Shown: positions 1 through 9,129 of the stretch, piece after piece
Layout: every line of letters begins with the position of its first letter
Position numbering within the stretch: the stretch's first letter is position 1
Source of the DNA: an uncultured bacterium
GTDB taxonomy: Bacteria > Patescibacteriota > JABMPQ01 > CAVVCK01
NCBI GenBank assembly: GCA_963746775.1
Contig: CAVVCK010000001.1
Span: 418,435 to 482,434 of the forward strand
Direction: 5' to 3'
DNA length: 64,000 nucleotides
Position numbers and translations under genes: made by a program
Notes under the pieces: generated by a model
Database searches by the model: none
What the model saw: the letters and a program-made list of their open reading frames with translations, nothing else
What the model was told of the DNA's origin: nothing

Positions 1-458
1 CCTTTAATTTTTAAAGGTGGATAACCTTTTTTTTCTAAATATTCTATATTAGCACCCAATTCCATTAGAGCTTCAACTAATTCTTTAATGGGTCTCTCAC
101 GCATTCTCTCCGATCCATTTAAAATAATCTCTTCTGGTACTAAACAACAGAGAGACGCTGAAAATCGCATAGTAGTACCCGCCGCTCCTACATCTATTTT
201 TCCATCAAATTGAATAAATTTACCTCCATTGCCATAAACTATTATTTCTTTTTTATTCTTCTCAATTTTTATACTTAATTTATTTAAAGCTTCAATTAAA
301 ACTTTACTATCATCACTTTCCGAGTATTCTTTTATAACACTTTTTCCCCTACATAAAGCTGCCATAATCAAAGCTCGATTAGTATAGCTTTTGGAACCAG
401 GCATTACTACTTTGTTGCTATTTAATTTTTTTATTGGAATTATTTCTATTTTTTTCAT
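1..458 (-). CDS. aroA: 3-phosphoshikimate 1-carboxyvinyltransferase (EPSP synthase), runs off the window edge
   Basis: Manual translation from ATG at 458: MKKIEIIPIKKLNSNKVVMPGSKSYTNRAL...GAAGTTMRF...RMRERPI, with the EPSPS motifs PGSKS, AGTxxR and RP. Not in the ORF track because it is partial. Confidence 0.95.
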   Translation of the reverse strand, partial: MKKIEIIPIKKLNSNKVVMPGSKSYTNRALIMAALCRGKSVIKEYSESDDSKVLIEALNKLSIKIEKNKKEIIVYGNGGKFIQFDGKIDVGAAGTTMRFSASLCCLVPEEIILNGSERMRERPIKELVEALMELGANIEYLEKKGYPPLKIK

Positions 459-481
459 AATTCATATTTCTCTATTTTTTC

Positions 482-512
482 CGTAGGGGCAGAACAATGT
501 TCTGCCCCTACG
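482..512. repeat. REP-like GTAG palindrome, copy 1
   Basis: CGTAGGGGCAGAACAATGTTCTGCCCCTACG; identical 31-nt copy at 30720-30750. Confidence 0.85.
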
Positions 513-519
513 GAAAAAA

Positions 520-1836
520 TTATTTCTTTATCAAAGCAAAACTAGTCTCATTATTTTTACTATCCTGTAAATCTGAAGCTAGAATATCCAATCCAAACAA
601 TTCAGCACAAATTCTAGGTGCAATCACACCCACTGATTTTGGTAGTTTATTTTGTGATAAGAGTTTAGCTACCGTAGCTTGATCAGTTAATTTCCCCTTG
701 CCATCTTTTTTTGTAATATTGGGAAATTTTTTTCTCAAAGTATCTTTGCATTGCCGCAAGGTCTGTTCATGAGAAATTATTTTTTTGATTTCTGATAATT
801 TAACACCTCTTCTCACCATTAAATGATGAGATATTACATGATCTATAATTTTTACTACCTTACATTCATACTGAGCCAAGGCTTCCATGCTCTCTGTTAC
901 CGCTCCGCCAACAGAATTATATAAAGCCATCACACCATAGTCTGTCTTACCTTTTTCTAAATTCTTTAAAACATTATCCGAATTATATAAATATTTTATT
1001 TTATACTTTTTCAAACCAAACTCTTCACTATATTTTCTTGCTACTTCTTCATTAAAACTCCCCTTACCCCCCTGAATTCCAATAATTGGAATTTTATGTT
1101 TCTCCTTTAATAATTTGTAATTTATTTTTTTAAATGATTTTTCTATTTTCCTTCGTACTTTCTCACCATAAGGATTTTTAGTTTGCAAATCATAAAAAAG
1201 CTGTTCGCTATCATTACAAGTCTGATTAATAATTTCATTTAATTTTTTAAAACCTAGCGTATCAATCTTAGTTTCTTTTAAATTTAATTCTCCTAAAACC
1301 CGACCAATATAATGTGCTATACTTTGTGACTGGGAAGCAAGTTTGTCGTGCATATCAGCAGATAATTCTACTACTTTTAAATTTCTCCTTTTAAAATATT
1401 TTTTCCAAAAATTATAACTATCCTTTCTCTGCTTTACTTTGCATAAAGTTATTTTTAAATTCTCTACTCCTTCCTTAATACTATCAGGCCCGAACATAGG
1501 ATGAGTACCAATTATTTCACATGATTTTGGCAAATATTTTTTCATTAAATCAATTGGATATACTTTCACCGAACAAGTATCTAAAATTAGAGCTTTGTCA
1601 TTAATATTTTTTGAATTTTTCTTTAAAAATTGTTCAAAAGCCGATATGGGAATACATAAAAATATCACTTCTTTTTTCAAAGCTTCTTTTATATTCACAA
1701 AATTTACACCTTCGACTCTTTCCTTTGGCACAATTTTGCTTTTATTGGCAACATATACATTAAAATCTTTCTTTAAAAATTCCGCCCAGACTTTGCCGAA
1801 TCTTCCGTAGCCTATTATTGAGATGTTTTTTTTCAT
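520..1836 (-). CDS. tyrA: Prephenate dehydrogenase / prephenate dehydratase fusion, no ACT domain
   Basis: N-terminal GYGRFG Rossmann fold, DTCSVK, HPMFGP, HD motifs. C-terminal PDT-like region QGGKGSF...NSVGG...SHEQ...N-E-T-S-F. Confidence 0.88.
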   Translation of the reverse strand: MKKNISIIGYGRFGKVWAEFLKKDFNVYVANKSKIVPKERVEGVNFVNIKEALKKEVIFLCIPISAFEQFLKKNSKNINDKALILDTCSVKVYPIDLMKKYLPKSCEIIGTHPMFGPDSIKEGVENLKITLCKVKQRKDSYNFWKKYFKRRNLKVVELSADMHDKLASQSQSIAHYIGRVLGELNLKETKIDTLGFKKLNEIINQTCNDSEQLFYDLQTKNPYGEKVRRKIEKSFKKINYKLLKEKHKIPIIGIQGGKGSFNEEVARKYSEEFGLKKYKIKYLYNSDNVLKNLEKGKTDYGVMALYNSVGGAVTESMEALAQYECKVVKIIDHVISHHLMVRRGVKLSEIKKIISHEQTLRQCKDTLRKKFPNITKKDGKGKLTDQATVAKLLSQNKLPKSVGVIAPRICAELFGLDILASDLQDSKNNETSFALIKK

Positions 1837-1847
1837 ATATTTTCATG

Positions 1848-1951
1848 TCTCCCCTTTAATAAGGGGAGATTAAGAGGGGTTTCGTGGGAAAAATAACAGT
1901 ATTTTTATGCCCACAAAACCTCCCCTACCCCTCCTGATTACAAGAGAGGAA
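1848..1951. repeat. Composite palindromic intergenic element (CCCCTT..AAGGGG type)
   Basis: Hairpin TCTCCCCTT-TAAT-AAGGGGAGA, inner inverted arms GGTTTCGTGGG / CCCACAAAACC, and a degenerate second hairpin. Confidence 0.65.
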
Positions 1952-1954
1952 ATT

Positions 1955-3112
1955 CTAATATTTCTTACAAAACTCATTAAACTCCCCTAACCCTTCTCTC
2001 AAATCTTTCTCCGAACTTGCAAAAGAAATCCTCACATACCCTTCCATCCCAAAGGCTATACCGGGCACCATTGCAACTTTCTTTTTATTCAATAATTTCT
2101 TACAAAATCTAGTCGAATCCTTATCTATTTTAGAAATATCTATAAAAAAATAAAAGGCACCTTTGGGTTTATTAAAACTAATTTTATTGTTATTATTTAA
2201 AATTTTCTCTACTAAATTTCTTCTCTTTTCAAAAATATTGACCATTTTATTAACAAAATCATTACCGTTTTTTAAAACATCTTCCGCTACGACCTGTGCC
2301 AAAGAACAAACATTGCCAGTTTGATGACTTTGCAATTTGCTTATTAAACTAATTATATCTTTTGAAGTTGCCACATAACCTATGCGCAAACCAGTTAGAG
2401 CATGAGATTTAGAAATGCCATTAACCACAATTACTTTATTCTTTTTCTTCTTCATAAATTGAGCAATAGTGTAAAATTTCTCACCAAAAACTAGCTTTTC
2501 ATAAACATCATCAGTAATCACATAAATATTTTCTTTTATGAAAAACTTGGATAATTCTTGTAATTTCTTTCTAGAATAAACTGCTCCTGTCGGATTATTA
2601 GGTGAATTTAGGATTACTGCTCGAGTTTTATTATTAATAGCTTTTTTTGTTTCTTCTAAATCTGGTCCAAAGTTTTTATCAGTTTTAACTATTTTTATTT
2701 TACCCCCAGCTAATTCAATTTGAGCTTGATAACTTACCCAATAAGGAGAATAAACAATCACCTCGTCTCCGGAATTTAAAATGCATTGAAAAATATTATA
2801 TAAAGCTTGCTTACAACCATTAGTTACGACAATATTTTCCGGTCTATAGGATAATCCATTGTCTTTTTTTAATTTCTTACATATTCCATTTTTCAGAGAA
2901 ACTTCTCCTGTAGTTGCTCCATACCTGGTTTTACCATCATCAAAAGCGGTAGTTAGGCTTTTTTTAATAAATTCAGGAGGCGCCAAATCAGGTTCTCCGG
3001 CTGAAAAATTATAGACCCTAAAACCGAAAGATTTAAGTCTCTTAGCTTCAGCATCTATTTCTAACGTTTTTGATGGCTCTATTTTGGTTACTTTATTGTT
3101 TATTCTTTTCAT
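1955..3112 (-). CDS. aspC: Class I/II PLP aminotransferase (aspartate/aromatic)
   Basis: GEPD, NSPNNPTG, DDVY, SKSHALTGLRIG motifs; lies in an operon with tyrA-pheA and aroA. Confidence 0.9.
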   Translation of the reverse strand: MKRINNKVTKIEPSKTLEIDAEAKRLKSFGFRVYNFSAGEPDLAPPEFIKKSLTTAFDDGKTRYGATTGEVSLKNGICKKLKKDNGLSYRPENIVVTNGCKQALYNIFQCILNSGDEVIVYSPYWVSYQAQIELAGGKIKIVKTDKNFGPDLEETKKAINNKTRAVILNSPNNPTGAVYSRKKLQELSKFFIKENIYVITDDVYEKLVFGEKFYTIAQFMKKKKNKVIVVNGISKSHALTGLRIGYVATSKDIISLISKLQSHQTGNVCSLAQVVAEDVLKNGNDFVNKMVNIFEKRRNLVEKILNNNNKISFNKPKGAFYFFIDISKIDKDSTRFCKKLLNKKKVAMVPGIAFGMEGYVRISFASSEKDLREGLGEFNEFCKKY

Positions 3113-3120
3113 TCTTTAAA

Positions 3121-3225
3121 AATAAAATACCGGCTATATAAGCCGGTATAATAATAAATTTAAAACAAACCGGCTTAGTCGGTAAAAAAATAGAATTTAA
3201 AAATATTTGAAATTATATTTTTCAT
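3121..3225 (-). promoter_or_regulatory. Phe/Tyr-responsive transcription attenuator
   Basis: Leader ORF; antiterminator arm TAAGCCGGT (3177-3169) pairs with ACCGGCTTA (3147-3139); terminator ATACCGGCT-N5-AGCCGGTAT (3149-3127) followed by a U-rich tract. Confidence 0.85.
3175..3225 (-). CDS. Leader peptide MKNIISNIFKFYFFTD
   Basis: 16-codon ORF with 4 Phe + 1 Tyr within six codons, directly upstream of aromatic amino-acid genes. Confidence 0.8.
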   Translation of the reverse strand: MKNIISNIFKFYFFTD

Positions 3226-3264
3226 AATCTTATTATAATTTTTTATATATTAAAGTCAATTATT

Positions 3265-4611
3265 TTATCTTCCGTTTATTGGCTCATATATATATCCCTT
3301 GGGCAATAATCCTGCTTTTTCTAACCTTTTAAGTTGGTCCGTAGAACCATATCTTTTTATTGGTTTTTTGATTTTTTTATCCGGAATAATTTCACTAAGA
3401 AAATTAGTTTTAATATATTCTTTTATATCATCCTCATTTAGACCGGTCTCCTTGCTTGCCTGTTTGCAAATTAAACACAAATAATACTCTGTAAAAGAAC
3501 CAAACAATCTAGTAAAGGCTGATAATTTTTGTACCCCTTTATAAACAGAATGGTTAGCCATACCTCTTTCATTTTCATTACCGGTAATAACAACTTGTAC
3601 CTCAAAAGACCTTTGCACTCTTACATTTTTTTCTTCCCCATTTTTAGGTAGTTTAATGCGTCCTCTTAATTTTAAAGCTCTAAAATTTTTATTAGAAGTA
3701 TTATTTATTTTAGATATTATTATAGGAATATCTAATTCTTGATCTAAAAATATTTTCTCTAATTGTTTAGTCTGCTCTTCGTTCAAAAACTCTACATTCT
3801 GCACATATTCAGTCTCTGCACCATACTCATCTTTAAAATGACTACCTAAGAAACTTATAAGCTCATAAGCATCTTTTTCCGTTTCAACTTCAAATTTTAA
3901 ACCAATACCATCCCTAACAACTTCATCAGCATTTATTTCGGGATATCTGGCAAACTTAGTTATAATACTATCTCGATTCTTTCCCCTAAAACTAATATCA
4001 ACATCGTTTATCCAATTATTATCAGTCAAAATACTATATTCTTCATATTCTGCATCGGGCGATAATTTTTTGTAAAAATGAGTAACTCCATTGCTATCTT
4101 CTCTAAGTATTCTTCTAAATAAATAATCACTTTCATTGATAAAACCATTCATTTCAGCACTATTAAATTCTCTTTCCGCTAAAACTAAAAAAGATAGCGC
4201 ACAATAATAAGGTGCTAATTTTCTGGAAGAACGAGCGTTTTTCAAAAAATTAACCACCTCAATACCCTTCTTAAATCTTTCTATATTAGTTATATTATCC
4301 GGTAAGCTTAAGTTAAGATAATCAGTCAAATATTCTCTTGCTTCTCCAAAACATCTATTTATTTCATCAATCGCTTCTTCCGTATTATCTACATTGAATT
4401 TCCTTGCCACTAAGTCTGCTAAGTTTTTGTCTTTTATGTCCCCGGGTATAAAATAAGCATCCCCTTCACTAACACTTACTCCTTCTATTGCTATACCATG
4501 ACTTTGAACAACTTTTTTAACTTTTCCTTTATTAAATGCACTAGCATCACGTAACCTTTTATCTGGTTGTATTTCATTTAAAGATATTCTGCTGCTTTCT
4601 CTTTCACCCAT
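3265..4611 (-). CDS. Divergent RelA/SpoT-synthetase-like nucleotidyltransferase (TIGR04552-like)
   Basis: Ordered motifs RGKNRDSIITK, DGIGLK, NFRAL, FEVQV, HSVYK resemble the Rel synthetase motifs RxK, DxxGxR, ExQ, HxxYK. Confidence 0.55.
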   Translation of the reverse strand: MGERESSRISLNEIQPDKRLRDASAFNKGKVKKVVQSHGIAIEGVSVSEGDAYFIPGDIKDKNLADLVARKFNVDNTEEAIDEINRCFGEAREYLTDYLNLSLPDNITNIERFKKGIEVVNFLKNARSSRKLAPYYCALSFLVLAEREFNSAEMNGFINESDYLFRRILREDSNGVTHFYKKLSPDAEYEEYSILTDNNWINDVDISFRGKNRDSIITKFARYPEINADEVVRDGIGLKFEVETEKDAYELISFLGSHFKDEYGAETEYVQNVEFLNEEQTKQLEKIFLDQELDIPIIISKINNTSNKNFRALKLRGRIKLPKNGEEKNVRVQRSFEVQVVITGNENERGMANHSVYKGVQKLSAFTRLFGSFTEYYLCLICKQASKETGLNEDDIKEYIKTNFLSEIIPDKKIKKPIKRYGSTDQLKRLEKAGLLPKGYIYEPINGR

Positions 4612-4615
4612 ATAT

Positions 4616-4993
4616 TTAATTTATAAAAGCTACCGCTTCAATTTCTACTCTGGCTTCTTTAGGTAAGGCTGCTACTTGCACAGTTGCTCTTGCTGGCGGT
4701 TCATTTTCAAAATATGATCCATAAATTTCATTCACTTTTTCGAAATCAACAAGGTCGGTTAAATAAATAGTAGTTTTAACTATTGATCGCATTTTTGTGT
4801 CCGTAGTCTCTAATATTGCTTTTATATTCTCCATTACTTGACGAGTTTGATTTTCTATAGATCCTTCCACCATATTTCCATCTGGTTTCAAAGGAATTTG
4901 ACCTGATACAAATACTAAATCTCCTCCTAAAACAGATTGTGAGTAAGGACCTATAGCTTGTGGCGCCTTATCAGTTGTAAATACTCTTTTCAT
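4616..4993 (-). CDS. ridA: RidA-family enamine/imine deaminase
   Basis: APQAIGPYSQ, SGQIP, PARATV, LPK..VEIEA. Confidence 0.93.
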   Translation of the reverse strand: MKRVFTTDKAPQAIGPYSQSVLGGDLVFVSGQIPLKPDGNMVEGSIENQTRQVMENIKAILETTDTKMRSIVKTTIYLTDLVDFEKVNEIYGSYFENEPPARATVQVAALPKEARVEIEAVAFIN

Positions 4994-5011
4994 TTGTTTT
5001 AAATTATTTTT

Positions 5012-5815
5012 TTATACCGCAATATCCCTCTTATTAAACCAAACAGCCCCCACAACAGTACAAACCACAGCTACTCCAATAAATACATAAATAGACAAAT
5101 TATCTATATTATTTTCAATTAAAGCGCTATTTGTATTGTAGTAATAGAAAAATGAGGTATATTTTAAATTTTCCAAATTTTCCTTCAAAGAAGCTGCTAA
5201 ATTTAAAACATACATTAAAATTAATAACCCTCCCGCTAAAGCATAAGCTCTACTTTTTTCTGAAAACATGCCAGAGAACATATAGGATACAGAAAATACT
5301 GCCCAGCCTAACAATAAATTTAAAATAAAAATCTTTACATGATGATCGAAAACATAATCAACCTTGAAAATTTCTGCCAAAGGAATTACTGAAAATACAG
5401 ACATAAAATCAAATACCAATAATATGGCCAAACCTGCTATATACTTTGAAAAATATATTTTTAAACGAGAAATAGGCTTAGCTAATAAAATTTCCGCTGT
5501 GCCTTTTTCAATTTCCCTAGCAATACCGAAACCTGCTAACGATACCATCATAAATATAGCCATCAATGGCCAAACTATACTATAATTTTCTAAAGCTAGA
5601 AAATTTTCAATTTTATCAAAAGAAATAGTTTGGATATTAAAAGCTTTAAAAAATTCCTGAGGATAACTTTCTAATAATTGATTAAATTCAACTGCCTTGT
5701 CTCGAATCGAAGGATACATACTAACATACATCAGCATCATTAAAATTGCGAATAAACAATAGAATATTATAAATACTTTTTTGTCTTTAATTGTCCGCCA
5801 GAAAATAGTGAACAT
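5012..5815 (-). CDS. ABC-2 type transporter permease
   Basis: Six TM segments and EIEKGTAEILLAKPISR motif. Start moved to MFTIFWRT (5815) to avoid overlap with the HTH gene. Confidence 0.85.
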   Translation of the reverse strand: MFTIFWRTIKDKKVFIIFYCLFAILMMLMYVSMYPSIRDKAVEFNQLLESYPQEFFKAFNIQTISFDKIENFLALENYSIVWPLMAIFMMVSLAGFGIAREIEKGTAEILLAKPISRLKIYFSKYIAGLAILLVFDFMSVFSVIPLAEIFKVDYVFDHHVKIFILNLLLGWAVFSVSYMFSGMFSEKSRAYALAGGLLILMYVLNLAASLKENLENLKYTSFFYYYNTNSALIENNIDNLSIYVFIGVAVVCTVVGAVWFNKRDIAV

Positions 5816-5831
5816 AATTTTATTAAAACTA

Positions 5832-6104
5832 TTATGAAAAAGAAATATGTAAATCCGTGCCAAGCGCCTTAGCAAGATGACGTAAAAAAGCTACTGTAGG
5901 ATTATAAGTACCTCTCTCTAAACGTGAAATAGCTGATTGTTTTGTGCCAATTTTTTTAGCCAATTCTGCCTGAGTATAGCCTTTTTCAATCCTTTTTTCT
6001 ATAATCATTTCAATTAATTCAAACTCTGGGCCTAATTCATTATAGGCTTTTTCTATTTTTCTATTTTTGAGTAATTGATCTTTTAATGTTTTATATGATT
6101 TCAT
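5832..6104 (-). CDS. XRE-family HTH antitoxin (HigA-like)
   Basis: TQAELAKKIGTKQSAISRLERG; lies downstream of a RelE-like remnant. Confidence 0.88.
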   Translation of the reverse strand: MKSYKTLKDQLLKNRKIEKAYNELGPEFELIEMIIEKRIEKGYTQAELAKKIGTKQSAISRLERGTYNPTVAFLRHLAKALGTDLHISFS

Positions 6105-6132
6105 AGATTTTATTATTATTAACCTCTACAAT

Positions 6133-6161
6133 AGTATAACGTATATGTTATATTTAGTCAA
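6133..6161 (-). promoter_or_regulatory. Sigma70-type promoter with operator palindrome, for the antitoxin
   Basis: TTGACT-N17-TATACT; palindrome TATAAC-N6-GTTATA at 6135-6152 overlaps the spacer and -10. Confidence 0.7.
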
Positions 6162-6181
6162 TAATATTTTTAGGCATAAGA

Positions 6182-6464
6182 CTACTCTACATTTTTTTTC
6201 AAAGCCTGCTTTAACTCTTTTGAAGGTGTTTTTTGTGATTTTTTAATAAACCCGTGAAGAAGAACTATTTCTCCCTTCTTGAAAATATAAAAAATCCTCA
6301 CCTCTTACTTCCCTCGAATACGAAGTTCAAAAAGTCCTGTTCTAATTTTTTTACTATGAGGTAAACCTAATTTATTGCTAAATTGTTCGTAAAACTTTAG
6401 CAATAGTTTTCTCTTCAAGCTTGGTAATAAATTTTTCAACACTACTTTCAATTTTTATCCTCAT
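6182..6464 (-). pseudogene. RelE/HigB (Gp49-like) toxin pseudogene
   Basis: MRIKIESSVEKFITKLEEKTIAKVLRTI, then a frameshift into NKLGLPHSKKIRTGLFELRIRGK*EVRIFY...LLHGFIKKSQKTP, which has an internal TAA. Confidence 0.85.
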
Positions 6465-6495
6465 AAAAGTATCTGTGTTAGCTAAACTCTACGCT

Positions 6496-6954
6496 CTATT
6501 TATAAATTACAATGACTTCCTTTACTAAAAGATTATTCCTAGAGGCTGGACCAATAAAATCAAACCACCTGTCCTCAAACCAATTAATTTTATACTTTTT
6601 TATTTCTCCAAAATGCGGATCTGCTAAAATTATTTTATCTTTTTCAAATCCCACTATTACAGAATAATGGCTACCTTCTTCGGGAGAAAACCAATTAACA
6701 ATTACAGGTATCTTCTTTTTTACTAACTGTTCTATTTCTTTTATTGAGGAATTTTGTTTCACATAACCCTTTAATCCAAGTTTTTCGGAAGCTTCAACTA
6801 TATTCTTTTCATAACACCCTTTCGTCCTACTCGTTTTAGTTAGTTTTGCTAAATATTTTTCTGACTTATTAATTCCATAACTAGATAAAACCATTTTCAA
6901 TGATGCTGGACCACAACATCCTTTCGATTGTTTAAATAATTTTAATTTTATCAT
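6496..6954 (-). CDS. Stand-alone C39-family cysteine peptidase
   Basis: Q..GCCGPASL, HYSVIVG, ADP catalytic pattern. Confidence 0.82.
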   Translation of the reverse strand: MIKLKLFKQSKGCCGPASLKMVLSSYGINKSEKYLAKLTKTSRTKGCYEKNIVEASEKLGLKGYVKQNSSIKEIEQLVKKKIPVIVNWFSPEEGSHYSVIVGFEKDKIILADPHFGEIKKYKINWFEDRWFDFIGPASRNNLLVKEVIVIYK

Positions 6955-7075
6955 ATATGTCAGTCATTATTAATTATCCGCCAAATTCGCTCTATCCGCA
7001 TATCCGCAATAAATGCATCCAGATAAATCAGTCATTAATCTTACAAATTCAAACTAAAAAAGTAAAAACGTGAAT

Positions 7076-7951
7076 TCAATTCTCATAAAATTCTAAAAAT
7101 ATATCCTCTAAACTAGCCCTCTCGATATTTAAATCCCTCAATTTATACTGACTTAACTTTTGAATTACAGGATTAATATCACCTTTTGCTTTTAAAATTA
7201 AACAACTAGGTAATTCTTGAGCTACTTCTAAACCATTCTTCTTTAGCTCTTCCAAATCAACTTTTTCTTCAAAACAAACCTTAATATCATATAACTTTTT
7301 ATCTTTTAATTTTAAAATATCCTCTTCGGCTACCATTTTACCCTTTTTTATAATGCCTACCTTACTACAAACTCGTTCTATTTCCGGTAAATTATGAGAA
7401 GACATAAAAACAGTTGCCCCTTTCTTAACTTGCTCTTCTATTAATTCATAAACTTCATTCTGTAATAGTGGATCAAGGGCATTGGTCGGCTCATCAAATA
7501 TTAATAACTTTGGTTCGAACATAAAAGCTAGGATAATACCCAATTTCTGACGATTTCCTGATGATAAATTCTTAGCCTTCACCTTTGGATTAAAATCAAA
7601 ACGATTTATTAATTCTTTGGCGATATTATGCTTTCCATTTAACTTCTTAAAATAGTCAATATGCATTTGTCCTGTCCATTTATCATATACTTTCACGCTT
7701 CCTGATAAATAGCCTATGTCTTTCTTTAATTCCACTGAATCTTTTTGTGCATCTTTCCCTAATATTTTAATATTTCCTTCATTAGGTCTCAAGAAATCCA
7801 TTAGACATCTTATAGTAGTAGTCTTCCCAGCTCCATTAGGCCCTAAGAAACCAAAAACTTCCCCTTCTTCTACTGAAAAAGAAACATCATCAATGGCCTT
7901 TGTCTTACCAAAGTATTTCTTTAAATTTTTTACTTCAATTACTTTATCCAT
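7076..7951 (-). CDS. ABC transporter ATP-binding protein
   Basis: GPNGAGKTT, LSSGNRQ, DEPT, SSH. Confidence 0.93.
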   Translation of the reverse strand: MDKVIEVKNLKKYFGKTKAIDDVSFSVEEGEVFGFLGPNGAGKTTTIRCLMDFLRPNEGNIKILGKDAQKDSVELKKDIGYLSGSVKVYDKWTGQMHIDYFKKLNGKHNIAKELINRFDFNPKVKAKNLSSGNRQKLGIILAFMFEPKLLIFDEPTNALDPLLQNEVYELIEEQVKKGATVFMSSHNLPEIERVCSKVGIIKKGKMVAEEDILKLKDKKLYDIKVCFEEKVDLEELKKNGLEVAQELPSCLILKAKGDINPVIQKLSQYKLRDLNIERASLEDIFLEFYEN

Positions 7952-8034
7952 AGATTACATTATAGCAAAAATCTTTATTATTTAAAAAGCGATATTTAAA
8001 ATACCGTTTTTTATAATTTTATATTTTTAGTTTT

Positions 8035-9087
8035 TTATTTCTTTAAATTCTCCGGCCTTAACTCTCTCACTTTTTTCCCAGCCTGCCACATTTCCGATTC
8101 TTTTATTTCTTTCAATTCTTCTTCCAATTTTTCCCTATATTTTGGATCGGAATTGGCTTCAAGAGTTATTCTAGTTTCTGTGCCATTTTTAACACTTTCG
8201 TATAAATCCTCAAAAACAGGTTCGACTGCCTCTCGAAATTTTCCCTTCCAATCAAGCGCTCCTCGCTGCGCCGTAGTTGAACAATTAGCATACATCCAAT
8301 CCATACCATTTTCAGCAATCAAAGGAATTAAACTTTGAGTTGCTTCTTCTACTGTTTCGTTAAATGCTTCTGATGGGCTATGACCATTTTTTCGAAGCAA
8401 ATTATATTGCGCTTCCATTATGCCTGCCATCGCCCCCATTAATACTCCTCTCTCACCAGTTAAATCAGACCACACTTCTTTCTCAAAGGTTGTAGAAAAT
8501 AAAAACCCAGAGCCGATAACAATACCCATCGCCTTTACTCTATCTTGCGCCCTACCAGTAGCATCTTGAAAAACAGCATAACTGGAATTAATACCACTAC
8601 CCTTTAAAAAATTTTGCCTAACTGACCTACCAGATCCTTTTGGTGCTACTAATATAACATCAATATCTTTAGGTGGAATAACCTTAGTTTGATCTTTATA
8701 AACGATTGAGAAACCATGAGAAAAACATAGAGCTTTACCGGCTGTTAAATATTTCTTAACATTTTCCCATTGATCCTTTTGTCCTGCATCAGATAATAAA
8801 TAACAAATAATTGATCCTCTCAAACATGCTTCTTCTATTTCAAATAACGTTTCTCCCTCAACCCAACCATCCTTGATAGCTTTATCCCAAGATTTTCCAC
8901 CTTTTCTCTGTCCTACAATTACATTTATTCCATTATCTTTCATATTATTGGCTTGTCCTGGACCTTGTACGCCATAGCCGATTACCGCTACAGTTTCATT
9001 TTTTAATACTTCTTTTGCTTTTTCCAAAGAAAATTCTTTCCTGGTAACAACTTCTTCTTCTGTACCACCGAAATTCATTTTTGACAT
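8035..9087 (-). CDS. ilvC: Ketol-acid reductoisomerase
   Basis: IGYGVQG, SHGF, VAPKGSG, DLTGERG, CSTTAQRG. Confidence 0.96.
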   Translation of the reverse strand: MSKMNFGGTEEEVVTRKEFSLEKAKEVLKNETVAVIGYGVQGPGQANNMKDNGINVIVGQRKGGKSWDKAIKDGWVEGETLFEIEEACLRGSIICYLLSDAGQKDQWENVKKYLTAGKALCFSHGFSIVYKDQTKVIPPKDIDVILVAPKGSGRSVRQNFLKGSGINSSYAVFQDATGRAQDRVKAMGIVIGSGFLFSTTFEKEVWSDLTGERGVLMGAMAGIMEAQYNLLRKNGHSPSEAFNETVEEATQSLIPLIAENGMDWMYANCSTTAQRGALDWKGKFREAVEPVFEDLYESVKNGTETRITLEANSDPKYREKLEEELKEIKESEMWQAGKKVRELRPENLKK

Positions 9088-9129
9088 AGGTTTTAAATTT
9101 ATAATTTATATAGTATTTTACTTTCTACA

